Assembly: GCA_001179505.1 (NCBI GenBank)
Contig: CDMY01000013.1
Location: forward strand, 1 to 64,000
DNA: 64,000 nt
Reading direction: 5' to 3'
DNA from: Vitrella brassicaformis CCMP3155
Lineage: Eukaryota; Protista; Chromerida
Under the pieces are notes generated by a model. It did no database searches. It saw nothing but the letters and a program-made list of their open reading frames with translations, and was not told where the DNA came from. Numbering within the stretch: position 1 is the stretch's first letter; every line of letters starts with the position of its first letter. The translations under genes and the position numbers were made by a program. Shown piece by piece: positions 33,449 through 45,492 of this stretch.

Positions 33449-36400
33449 ATGCCAGGCTCTCCCGACCAGAAGCGTCGCCGCATTGAGGCAAATGACATTG
33501 ATCTCAACTTCGCACCAGGACAGGTGAAGAGCCACACGCAAAGGACAGGGCGGTCAGGCAGATCACCGTGTGTCTGCCTCTCATCTCCTGCCTGTGTTTG
33601 TGCTGGCGCAGGCCTTTGCAATGGTCAATCGCGAGGACGGCGAAGGCACGATGATCCTCCGCGGCCGCATCTCTCACGTCGACAAGCTCGACGGCATTCC
33701 CAGACAGAAGGGCGGCGTGACGGTCAGCGGCCGCCGCTACAGCACCATCTCGATGATCCCCTTCAGCCAGATCCGCGAGCGGGGCTTCCGCGCCCACAAC
33801 GAGGGCGAGAAGATCATCTGCATGGAGATCGACGAGGCCGTCGAGGTGCCGACCACCGAGCTGACGGCCCGCCTGCCGCAGGAGGACATCGTGCTGGACG
33901 GAGAGTTCTCGTTCAACTACTCCAAGGACGAGTATGAGCGGATCGTCGAGGACGTCCTCAACAAGGAGATCTGCGGCGGGGAGGGCAGCTCGTTCGTCAC
34001 GCCCAGGAAGTGCACCGGCAAAATCCGGAACTTCGGCCTGCAAAAGGCCCTGTCCATCTATCGCCGGCTGCTCGTCAACGAATTCGGGTCCTACTGGTGA
34101 GCAGCGACCGCCCCACACGACATGACAACAGGCGGGGGGCAAGGCAAATTGTGTGTTTGCCTGTGTGTGGTCTGGTGTGTGCAGGAAGTTTCTGTATCAC
34201 GACGGTGATCAGTACTTCATGGGGGCGACGCCCGAGAAGCACCTGACAGTTGAGGGTGGGGAGGTCCGCATGAACCCCATCAGCGGCACATTCAGAAAGA
34301 ACGACACACACACCAAGGACACACTGCAGAAGGTAAGCGTGTCGGGAGGGAGGGAGGGAGGGAGGGAGAGGGGCCTGCGGAGAGAAACAATACGTACGGC
34401 CAGGGACTCATTTCAGTGTCTGTGTGTGTGTGTGTGTGTGTGTGTTTGCTGGTGCATATGTTGCAGGAGCTGTTGTCGTTCCTGTCCGACCCGAAGGAGA
34501 TCGACGAGCTGTTCATGGTGACTGACGAGGAGCTCAAAATGATGTGCAAGATATGCCCAGAGGTACACACACATACAGCACAGCCCCCCACCACTCCCCC
34601 CCCCAATAGGGCGCGCCCTCCTCCCCTCCACATCTGCCTATCTATCCGTGTGTGTCACGAGTGACCAGGGTGGTTCGATTGAGGGCCCCTTGTTGAAGGA
34701 GATGTCCCAGCTGGTGCACACCGAGTACCTGCTCAAGGGCGGTGCCCGCGGCAAGGACGTCATCGACTGCTTCAGGAAGTCCATGTTCGCACCCACCGTC
34801 ACCGGCAGCCCCATGGGCAACGCCTGCCTGCGGCTCTTTGACTACGAGAAGGAGTCGCGGCGGTACTACAGCAGCGCCTGCATGCTCCTGGGCAACGAGG
34901 TGACGGGCGACGGACAGATGGGCGAGGAATTCCTCGACTCGTGCATCACCATCCGAACACAGGTCGGTGCGGTGGGTGTGCGGTGCCTATGGTATGGACG
35001 AGTGTGTGTGTGGAGTGGATGAGATGGGAATGTGTGTATGTGTGTGTGTGTGTTGTGCTGTGCTGTGCAGGAGGTGGCCAACGACGGCACGTTTGCCATT
35101 CGCGTGGGAGCGACCTTGGTGAAGGACTCGGTGCCGTCTGAGGAGGTCAAGGAGTGCGAGTGGAAGCTCAAGGCATCCATGAGGAGCCTCGAAGGCAAAC
35201 ACATATGCAGCAAGGTGGGAAGGGAGGAAGGGAGGCAGGTACTCATGCAGCTATACTGCAAACCAATCGGCTCTCCCTCCCTCCCTCCCTCTGTGGACGG
35301 ACGGACCCATATATTCTCTTCTCATGTCATGTGTCTTGTGTGTTCAGCGTCCGTTGATGGTGCAGCAGGATGTGTTTGTCACCCCTGAGGAGCGCGCAGA
35401 GCTGCAGCGAAGACTCGAACACAGGTGTGTCAGTCGAGTGGCTGAGATGCACACACACGGGTTGCTGACCGATCAAATCACATGATGACGCCTGTCGGTC
35501 CGGTGTGGTGTGCAGGAACGCCACTGTGTCTGAGTTCTGGCTCAAGGTCTCACCCTCAGAGAGCGTCGTCGTAAGAAACAAAGAAATAAAGACAGACACC
35601 CAAAACTGACAGACAGACAGAGAAACAGAGATGTGGTCTTGCTCGTTCTTGTGTGCGTGCATGTGTATGGTATGGCAGGATCCGCACTTCAGCGGTCTGC
35701 GGATTCTGATGATGAACAACGAGGACGACTTCGCACACATGGTCGGTCAGCCAGTCAGCCAAACAGCCAAACAGCCACGCAGTTAGCCCAGCCATTCAGT
35801 GAGTGATAGATACACCACATCCTCCCCTGTCTGTGTGTCCTCTCCTCCCTGTCTGTCTGTGTGTTTCGATAAACAGCTGGAGCACATCCTGTATCGCCTG
35901 GGCCTCAAGCCCGTCACATGCAGCTGGAGGGGTACGCCACACACACACACACGTGTGCCATTCACACACTCCCTCCATCCCTCCCTCCCTCCTTCCCTGC
36001 CCCTCCTCCCTCTTGTCCATCCATCAGAGTTCGAGTCAGCGTACGAGTCTGGTGCCACTGGCGAGAGGTCCCATTGGGACTTGGTGCTGGTGGGCCCCGG
36101 CCCAGGCGACCCCAACAGCGACACCGACAAGATGACCACCGTCCGGCGAATCGTCAAGAACCTTCTCGACACACAACAGAAATTCCTCGCCGTCTGCCTC
36201 GGACACCAATGCACCGGTCAGTCAGTCAGCTGGTTTGTCTGTCAGTCAGCAGAACACACAGACAGGCACAGAAACCATGCCCGCCCATGAGGATCATATC
36301 TATGTGTCTGTCCGTGTATGCCCACAGGTAAGGTGTTGGGTCTGACAGTGCCCCGTAAGTCGAAGCCTCTGCAGGGCGTGCAGAAGGTGGTTGAGCTGGC

Positions 36401-36856
36401 GGGGCGGGCCGAGCGAGTGGGCTTCTACAACTCGTTCTACGTCCAGCACGACCCACACATCCTCAAGGTCAGGCAGCAGGGGAGAGCACCTGACTGACCT
36501 GCAATAAACGTCGCCGTGCTGCCGTCTTATGTGGCGTGTGCTGTGCGTGTGTGTGTTTAGGATGCGGAGGTGAGTGTGGACGCCGAGACGAATGAGTGTT
36601 ATGCGGTGCGTGCCAAGACGTTCGTGAGCTACCAGTTCCACCCTGAGTCAATGCTGACTCAGAACGGGCTCGAAATCATCCGGGACACTATCAAGTACAC
36701 ACACACACACACGAGCAATGTGGGTGAGCATGGGTGTGCTCTTCTCTGTGTGTCTGTCTGTGTGTCTGTCTGTCTGTGTGTCTGTCTGTCTGTGGGTGCA
36801 GGTATCTGGTTCCCCTGCCGCAGGCCAATGGGTGCGCGGCGGCAAATGGCAATTAG
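33449..36856 (+). CDS. Fused chorismate-binding plus glutamine amidotransferase enzyme, PhzE-type anthranilate/ADIC synthase (TrpEG)
   Basis: Spliced GEGSSFV, EFGSYWKF, GATPEKH, MNPISGT, KEIDELFMVTDEELKMM, HTEY, SMFAPTVTGSPMGNAC, RRYYS, DSCITIRT, VGATLVKDS. GATase part: NNEDDFAHML, GPGPGDP, AVCLGHQ (Cys), ERVGFYNSF, QFHPES (His-Glu). Confidence 0.93.
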
Positions 36857-37418
36857 CTAGCTGATGCGATCGATGCGTCGGGCAAGCAGAGCGTGTGTGT
36901 GCTGATGATTAGTGCACACGTGCCCCATCTGGTGTGGTGTGTGCGATTTTTCATGACTGATCGACTGACCGACTCGACAGACCAGTCGGACCGGCAGATT
37001 TGCATTAAGGAAGGCAAGGCGGGTCTGTGTTTCTTTCAAGTCAAGTGCATCTCTCCATCTCTCCAACTCATCTGTTGTATGGTGCCTGGCCATCTGTGTG
37101 TGTGTGTGTGTGAGCTCGTGTTGTGAGTGAGTGCTGACTGATTTATTCAATCAACGGCTTGACCTGACCAACACGACAATGGCGCAGCGCAGCGCACCAC
37201 AGTAACTTCATTCAAGTCTCATAGACTGACTGAGACAACTAACTGACTAGTGGATGGTACTCAGTTCCACAACCAACCAGCCAATAACCACACATGAGCT
37301 CTCACATCTGTCTGTCTGCACACCGAGGGGGTCCTCAAGTAAGTCACGTAAAAGGTCACGTCGGCCAGACGGCCAGCCAGCCAGGCATGATGCAATATTA
37401 CATGGGTCCATCCGTCAA

Positions 37419-38938
37419 TCAATTGTCATCCTTCTCGTCTTCGTCTGACGATGCATAGAAGTCCCTCTTGCCTTGCCGAGGTCCCACGATGGTGCCGGCC
37501 GGCCGCTGGGCCAAACCAAGCGTGTCCGTCCTCAAAGAACAGATCCTGCACACCACACACCACACACCACACCACACACAATCAATAAACCATGCAGGCA
37601 ACCAGTAGGCAGTCGATCGTCTACCTCTTCCTCGATATCCTTTTCCGGCCCTCTCTCCCGCGACCGCGACCGTGAGCGTGACCTCATGCCTGCCCGCATA
37701 CCCCCCCTCGCGAAACCGCCAGGGGGCGCTGCCTGCAGCGACACATCCACTGCGGGCCGGGTGGACTGCATCAGCGACTTGAGCTCGGAGTACGCCTTGG
37801 CCGAGAGATGGAGGGGGAGGAAAGCCGCCACCTCTGGCTGGTGGTGCAGTGCAGGGCGGACGTGTCCTTGTCGAACGCATCTCTGAGGGTAGGTGGGTGG
37901 GGCGATCTGGTGGACGACACAAACACATGTATGGCTGGCTGGCTGAGTGGCGCGCGTGATTCACTTACCGTCTTGTCGTTTCCGCAGTCTTGGATGCGGC
38001 GCTTGAATGCCTGGACGAAGAGCTGCAGCCACAGCTGAAGCGCTTCAAGGCCAAAGCCGGCCCCCCTCCCTTGAATGGGATCTGCACTGCAGAGGACACA
38101 CACATCATATGCCGCAAACGGACCAAGGATGCACAGCACAGCCACTTCAACACGCGTGTCGTGTCCCCTCAATGCATACACACACGGTGTGTGCAATCAG
38201 TCAGTCACCCAGTCGAAATGCTATGCGCACATTACATTGCTCTGGCGGCTGTGAATGGGCCGGGCGGTGGTTGTGGTGGTGGTGGGCGAGTCAGCTTCCC
38301 ATGCAGACCCTCCCACGGAGCCCTATCTTCCTCCGGCAGACAGCGCGACTCGAGCATGGCCCCAGCCTGACACAGCCACATGCACGGCTCCTCTGGCCAA
38401 CCGTGGCAGACAGCACTGATTGCCCCTCCCTTGAATGCTGGCGATGTTCTTCCACTCCTCTGCCCTATAGCTCTCGAGCTCCTGCACGCAACCGCAGCCC
38501 ATACGTACACACAGCCCATGGCACGCTAGGCAAGAAGACACACACCCCAGAGGACACCTGGGAATGATCGGGTTGCAGACTGCCCTGGTGTGCTGCTCTG
38601 CTCACTCATGGCGGGCACATCTGCAAAGGAAACAACCACACACGCCCTTGTCGCTGCACAGACAGCATCAGTGAACAAATCCTTACCAAATCAATAATGA
38701 GCTCATTGATCTGCAGATCTGCCACAGTGATCTGCCACACACGTGGCAGATCAGACGGGACGGTTTCGAATTTCGCCCTCCCCTCTGCTCCTCCGATCGC
38801 GAGCTTCGACGGCGAGCTAAACTGGATTTGGGACTTCGTTGGCCGTTCCAGCCTGTGGACGGCCAGCATCCTCAGGTGCAGGTGCCTGTTCTGCGCTGTG
38901 TAGCTCTCAAAACACCACCTGAGCGTCGATGACTCCAA
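37419..38938 (-). CDS. Hypothetical multi-exon protein with an RS-rich C-terminal part
   Basis: Coding-like exons (LPRVWQITVADLQINELIIDLVR; ELESYRAEEWKNIASIQG; RSRSRSRSRERGPEKD) separated by canonical introns; start uncertain. Confidence 0.45.
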
Positions 38939-41511
38939 GCCTCTTTGCCGTCGCCCTTGGGCGAGGCGACCTCAGCTCCCTGGCTGCCTCGCCTCACAGC
39001 CCTTCGGTGGCCTTCATTAGGACCCTACTGCTGCACAGAAGTGGCGGCCTGCAGGTGCGTTGCGTTGCACATGGGGGGGAGGGAGGGAGAGAGGAACACC
39101 CAAGAGGCGCTCGATGGTGCTCATTTGTCCATCTGCCCCTTCTGCTTGTGTGCCTTGCTCCGTCTCAGGTGCTTGGCCGGCTGATCAGAGAGGAGCGTTC
39201 GAGTGTGCTGAACGCGGGGTTCATCGTGATAATCCAGCACAGCCTCTCCGCTGACGGCACGGCCATCCTCCTCCTCTCCACCCCAGCCGCCGGACGAGTG
39301 CGCGTGCAGCCAGCTGGGCCGGTCCCCGTTGATGTGGTGCAGGCGTTGCGGTCGACCTACTGCGGTCACGAGCAGGAGGTGCCCGACGCCATAGCGCGGT
39401 GTCTTGCCGGGGTGGGTCTGAGTGAGGGCGGGCTGATCGAGTGTAGCGAGAGACAGGAGAGGGCCATCGAGCAGTGGCTGCAGCAGAGGCAGCGGGAGGT
39501 CGGCGGCCACCACCCGCACGACCTCAACCACCCATTGCTGGCGAAGAAGGGCTCGTCCAAGCGGCTCATGGCGTGCCCACTCCCCCCCTACCACCCCCAC
39601 TCCCACCCCCATTCCCACCCGCCTCGCATAGCTTTCCTCGCTGAGCACGGCAAGGACACCACCAAGGAGGAGAACTTCAGCCCCAAGTCGATTTCCACTC
39701 ACGTCTCGTCATCTGCCTCGTCCATCCCCTCGTTCCGGCGTCTGTCGCCCCACCCGCTCAACGCCCACCTGTCGCCGTTCAACGCCTCTTCCCCCGACTT
39801 CCTGCGGTCTGCCGCGTCCATGTCTGACGTCACTGGCGACTTCCTCAGCGACGAGTTTCCACCCATCAGCCCTACGCCCCCTCCCAGGACCCCCCTCGCC
39901 ATGCGAGGAGGGGCCTTCACCATCCCCCACCCAGAGAAGATCAAGAAGGGTGCGGCAGATGCCTACTTCATCGACGAGAGGGAGGGCGTGGCCGCCGTGG
40001 CCGACGGTGTGGGCGAGTGGGTGCAGCTCGGGATCGACCCCAAGTTGTTTGCGCAGCAGCTCATGGACGGTGCCAGGGTGGCGGTGCGGTCGTTGTCGCA
40101 GCATAGCGACACGGATGACGACTTCGACGTGGTGCGTCAGGCGTCGGGCATGAGCACTGCCACCACCCACTACCAGTCCTACCCGTCCGGCAGCCCCGCC
40201 TCCGGCAAGCACCGCACGACGGTCGATCGCCGCCCCAGCCTCCCGCCCCCCTGTGCGTCTGACCAGCCCCTCCTCCCCCCTCTGGCTGACGCACCCAGCA
40301 AGGCGGCCGCACGCGCACTCCACGCCATCAAGGGAGGGCTCGAGGCGACCAAAGAGAACAAGGCGTGGGGCTCCAGCACGGCCATCATCGCCTGTCTGGA
40401 CCCACTCGGCCACTCGCTCGGCGTGGCCAATCTGGGCGACTCCAAGGCGCTGGTGTTGCGTCGCCTGAAGCCCTCTGACGGCGATAGCAGCAGCGGCGGG
40501 TCTGCGGCGGCCGAGGCCGACCGGCCTGTGAGTGCGGGTAGCGAGATGAGCGTGGCGGACCCTGCGCCGATGGTCATGTGTGAGGGGGTGCGTGTGGGTG
40601 CGGTGCCGCACTACAAGAGCATGCCGCCCAAGAGGGAGGACGGCGGCATGGAGAGATGGAGGCGGGCGGTGGCAGGGGTCGACAGCAAGGGCCAGGGCCC
40701 GTGCGGCCACCAGTGGACGGTCGTGCATCGCACCACGGAGCAGCAGCACTCATTCAATTGTCCTTACCAGGTACAGGACAGCCAACACCCAGCTAGGTGG
40801 CACCCACATGCACACATCGTCCATTCCATGTGTGTGTGTGTGTGTGTCGGTGATATATATATGTCAGTTGGCGAATCTGCCCGGGGCGCCCGACTGGCCC
40901 CAGCTGCAGAAGGAGGGCAAGGGCAAGCTTGTGCGTCTACTGCGCAACGCTTTGATCAAGAAGCAGCCCAACCTGTCAGACGACCCTGACAAGAGCGACC
41001 TCTACACCTTTGACGTGCACGAGGGCGACCTCCTACTCATGGGCTCGGACGGGCTGTTCGACAACCTCTTCGATGACGAGATAATGGAGCATTTGAAGAC
41101 CGCCGTGCCGCCTAGCGGCCCCGAACCATACACGCCGCCACATGTAAGAGAGAGCAGAGGGGAGAGGGATTCTCATTCAAATCATGTGATTGTCTGTGTG
41201 TGTGGTGTGGTGTGGCATGTCAGGTGGTGGCTCAGTCGTTGGCTCGTCGTGCGCATCAGCGGAGTTTCGACCGCAAGGCCCTCACGCCATACGGGGTGGG
41301 GGCGCAGAGGAACGGAGAGCGACACAGGGGCGGCAAACCTGACGACAGTAAGCTGACACACACACACCGACAGACACACTTAGGGGGGGAAGGGAAGGGG
41401 TCGGAGGAGGAGGACGCACGGCGAAATGCTCATCCTCTGTGCCGTGTTGGTGCATGTGATGATGCAGTCACGGTGGTCGCCTGTTGGGTCATGCGCGCAC
41501 ACGACGACTGA
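38929..41511 (+). CDS. PTC7-type PP2C protein phosphatase with a long N-terminal extension (start uncertain)
   Basis: IPHPEK...DAYF, AVADGVGEW...GIDP, GSSTA, ANLGDS, QQHSFNCPYQL, GDLLLMGSDGLFDNLFD, TPY...GGKPDD|ITVV. Confidence 0.92.
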
Positions 41512-42161
41512 GGACACAAGACAGACAGACACAAGACACCCACGGACCTGTGTGTCCGTCCGTCCATACGTACCGTATGTACGTTTGTTTTCTCTTTCTC
41601 TCTCTACCTGTCCCTGCCTGCCGCCTTGCCACGTATGCCGCCTCCCGGTATGATGTATAATTTTCGGCGCGCCACGTATGCCAGCCATCCATCCATCGTC
41701 ACACACGTGCCTGACAAGTGCATCCATCCACGGTTTTTTCCCGGGGTCATGTAGGGTGTGCGTACTTACTTACGGGGAGGGAGAGAGGGTCGGCTCACAT
41801 CACACGCAGAGGTCGGCTTTTCTTGGCCGCTTCATTCGTTGTGATCAGAACAAACACGCCGTGATGCACGTCAGTCACGGTGCCCTCCCTCCTTGCTGGC
41901 TCGTGAACTCTGTGTGTCGTCCCGTCTCATTCTCATACTTGCTTTCCGTGTCTGTGTCTCTGCGTGTGCACGCCCTCTTTCTTCCTCTGCGCAGTGAGTC
42001 GGGAACATATGTATGAGAAGTTTCGATGTATGGGGCGGGGTGGCCTGGCGTGGCATGAGACGGACGATGCTTTTCCATCCAGTTTGTTTGCTCTCTTGCC
42101 TGAGCCCGGGTGGGTGGACATGGCGGCGTTTTCTTTCAAGCAGCTTGTTGTGGGAGGGAAG

Positions 42162-42199
<38 letters not shown>

Positions 42200-44249
42200 T
42201 GGTGGTGCATTGGTCCACCCACTGACTTGGTTGCTCAGTGGCTGGGGGGGTGGGGATGTGTATTGGTTCATTCGTCTGTACGTCTGTACCAGTATCTATC
42301 TTTCTTCTGGCTGATTGATTGGCCACATAACTGACTGACTGACCGACAAACGACCGACCGATGAGGGATCCCCGCCTCCCTGTTCGGAAGTTCGTTCGGA
42401 TGCATGTGATGTGTGTGATGCGTCTCGTCTGTGTGATGTGTGATGTGTGTGTATCCGTGTGTGCGTGTGTGTGACCCTATCGATCTATTTGCCTTCCTAA
42501 TTGCTGACGTGGCCTGTACATAACACACACATGACAGATAGGAGAGAGAGTTGAGAGATCAGATCAGATGAGATGAGATGAGATCAGACCAGTACCAGAC
42601 CATTCGAGCGCTTTGACTGACTGACTGACCCGCCCATGCATCGATCTGTCCTCCGTACCGCGAATTGTCGTGTCGGTTGGTGCAGGACAGACAGATGAGA
42701 GAACAGAACAGAGCACAGACTGCAGACGGAAGTGCCTCTCTCCTTCCTCTATTGCTGCCTAGTCTGTGATTGCACGGATCAGATAGTCCCCTCACTCACT
42801 CACTCACTGACTCACTTCACTCACTGACTGACTGAGTCTTTTTCTCTCTCGTCCGGTGCACAGCACACGACACCACACCACACCACATCACATCACACCG
42901 TACCGCACCAGACAGCAACCATGATGGCCGATCGATTCAATCGATGTAGAGAGAGGAAATGGCCGCTGGCTTGATGGATGGAGAGGAAGGGAGCAACGAT
43001 ATGGGGTGGTGGTGGTGGTTTTATTATTGCCGACCGAACCTGGGACCTTGGGTGGATCTTTTCTCTCTCAAAGGCGCTTGTGATAGTTGTGCTGCGGACC
43101 GCTGTGGAAAGATTCACTCAGAAGGACGCTTACTCGCCTCTGTCATGGGCTTGGTTTGTTGTCTCTCTCACTGACGCGAATTGCACCTGGCTTTGCAGCT
43201 CAGGTGATGTTTGCGTCAGTACAGGAGATCGACATAGCCGAGCCCATAGATAGAAGAGGTGCTGTACCCACCCGTGATGACTGGGATTATTTGTGACCTT
43301 GATTGATTGGCGACACGCACTACACACATGATCTATCTGTTGAGTATTGGTCACTGGCTACTGGCAGGCTATGTATGAGTGCTCACTCGCCACACCGACC
43401 GACCGACGAAGTGCTGCCCTTCTTCTTCCCGACTTGGTCTGATTATTTTTGTCCCCCACTCTGCTGTCTGTCTGCTGTGCTGCTCTCACTTCCGCACTTG
43501 GGCCCTACCATTCTCCCTCCGTGTGTCTTACTGCCTGACTGCCTGACTGTCCCTTCATGGAGGGGGTTTTGCCAGCTAGATGTGATGTGTGTGACAGTGT
43601 GCCTCATTGTTGAAGTGTTTGCCGCACTCCTCTCTCCTCCCCTCTCGTCTCCTCTCCTCGCTGCCCTGCCCACACCCTGCTGTATGCCATGCCGCTGTGT
43701 GTAAGTTTCTGCTGTGCACATAATATGCACAGACATGGACAGGACACCGTCGTTGTGCACCCGTGTTGTGCCTGCCACTGCCTGCGTATTGGTTGCATTG
43801 CATCGATGATGGCTGGGTTGGTTGGTTGGGTGGATGCCGACGAGTGAAGTAAGTGGCTGGGTGGCGTTTTGTAGGGTGGCGGGCGGGTGCTGTTGACGTA
43901 TGTTGGCCGGGCGGGGTGAGGTGAGGTGAGAGGTGGGTGACCCATGCATCTAGCGACAGACACATCAATCAGTTGGCGTGTGCAAAGACTGTAATTATCG
44001 TGGACGAGTCCCAAAACAAAATGCAAGAATTAGTAGCGCGTGGCCTGGATCTTGCGAATTCAATTAAAACAGGCCAGGATGCACACATCGTAACGGCATT
44101 CATCCAACGGCATTTGCCAACGCCTCCCTCCCTTGTCTAGCGCCAGAAACGTCGACACCGCAGGCCGGCCCAGCAGCAGCATCAAGGTGACCAAGTCGCT
44201 GTCCTACAAGTACTGTACATCGGGCAACGTGTGCGTCTGTGTGCGTAAG

Positions 44250-45492
44250 ATGGACGTCGGGAGCCTCAAGCAGCAGAAACCTCAGTCAACTCGCCGCAGC
44301 GTGCTGGCCGCTGTCGGCGGCGTGGCCGCCTACCTCGCCACGATGGCCGCCGTCTTCGGCCTCTGCTTTGCCGCAGTGCAACGTAAGCCACCCACCGCAC
44401 AAACAGAACGAGACACACCAGGCCTTTGGTTTGGACCCACCTCTCTGTCTCTCTTGGCCGGCAGTGTCGAAGGACGTGGTGGTGTCTGAGGACGATATGC
44501 TCGTGAGCAACAAGGACCAAGTGCCGCTGAGGTTCAACGAGGACCTCCAGTTCGTGCCTGTCGAGGGCTTGGCCTTCCTGCCGCTCGCCGAGATCCAGAA
44601 GCTGGAATCGCTGCACATCCTCGTGGGTCGACACACACAGAGAGAGACACACACACAGACAGACAGACAGACAGACGGACGAACGGAGACAGACGATGCA
44701 GACGCACACTCGATCATCTGTGTGTGTGTGTGTGTGTGTGTGGTTGGTGTGTGTTGTGTGCGTTTGTGTCCGTGTGCAGGTTGGCGAGGACGGCGAGCGT
44801 GTGTACAACATCCAGGCGGTGTTCCGCGACTTCAAATCAAACACCACGGAGGCCCACCTCTCACTCGGACACAAGCTCGTGTCCACACCTGGTCAGCAGG
44901 AGCCCTGACTGACACACAGTCATCCATCGCTGTGTCTGTCTACGATGTGTGTTTGTGTGGGGCATTCAGGCAAGTTCTCCCTCATCGACGAGAAGGGCGA
45001 GGTGGTGTTCCAAGATGAGTACGACTACGAGCTGACGACGCCAGAGGAGGCCGCCAAGGTCAACAGAGAGGAGGCCGAGGAGCTGTCCAGTAGTGAGGGC
45101 GGCGGCATGAGACGGAGATTGGACCCCCGCGTTGCTGGCGCGATACTCGGAGCGAGTGAGCGAAGTCGACAGCAATTCTTACATGACGCATCGTGTTGAC
45201 TCATTTTGCTGTCTGTCTCAGTTTTTGGCCGCAGGGGAGGCTTCAATTACGGCTACAGGCCGCCGAGGAGGACAGGTATGTCTGTCTGCAATGACGAAGA
45301 TTGCTTGCACCCTCATCATATATGTCCTCACAAGGATGGGATGGACGCCCACGTGTGTGTATCTCTGTGCTGTGTGGTGTGCGTGTGTGCTCAGGAGGCT
45401 CCAGGTCCACAACCTACCATGCAGACGGGTCAGTAACCCACCATCATAGCTGGGAAGTACATCACCGGCGGTTGTCGAGCCGCATTGTGTGA
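44250..45492 (+). CDS. Hypothetical membrane-anchored protein
   Basis: N-terminal TM-like VLAAVGGVAAYLATMAAVFGLCFAAV. Spliced exons (DQVPLRFNEDLQF..., GKFSLIDEKGEVVFQDEY..., RRRLD). Confidence 0.55.

Noticed and set aside
33449-36856. Phenazine biosynthetic cluster
   Set aside because: No PhzA/B, PhzD, PhzF or PhzG homologue is visible in the window; only the PhzE-type synthase is present.
19000-37000. Bacterial contamination or a true operon
   Set aside because: Every gene has multiple GT-AG introns with host-like microsatellites and is interleaved with eukaryotic genes.
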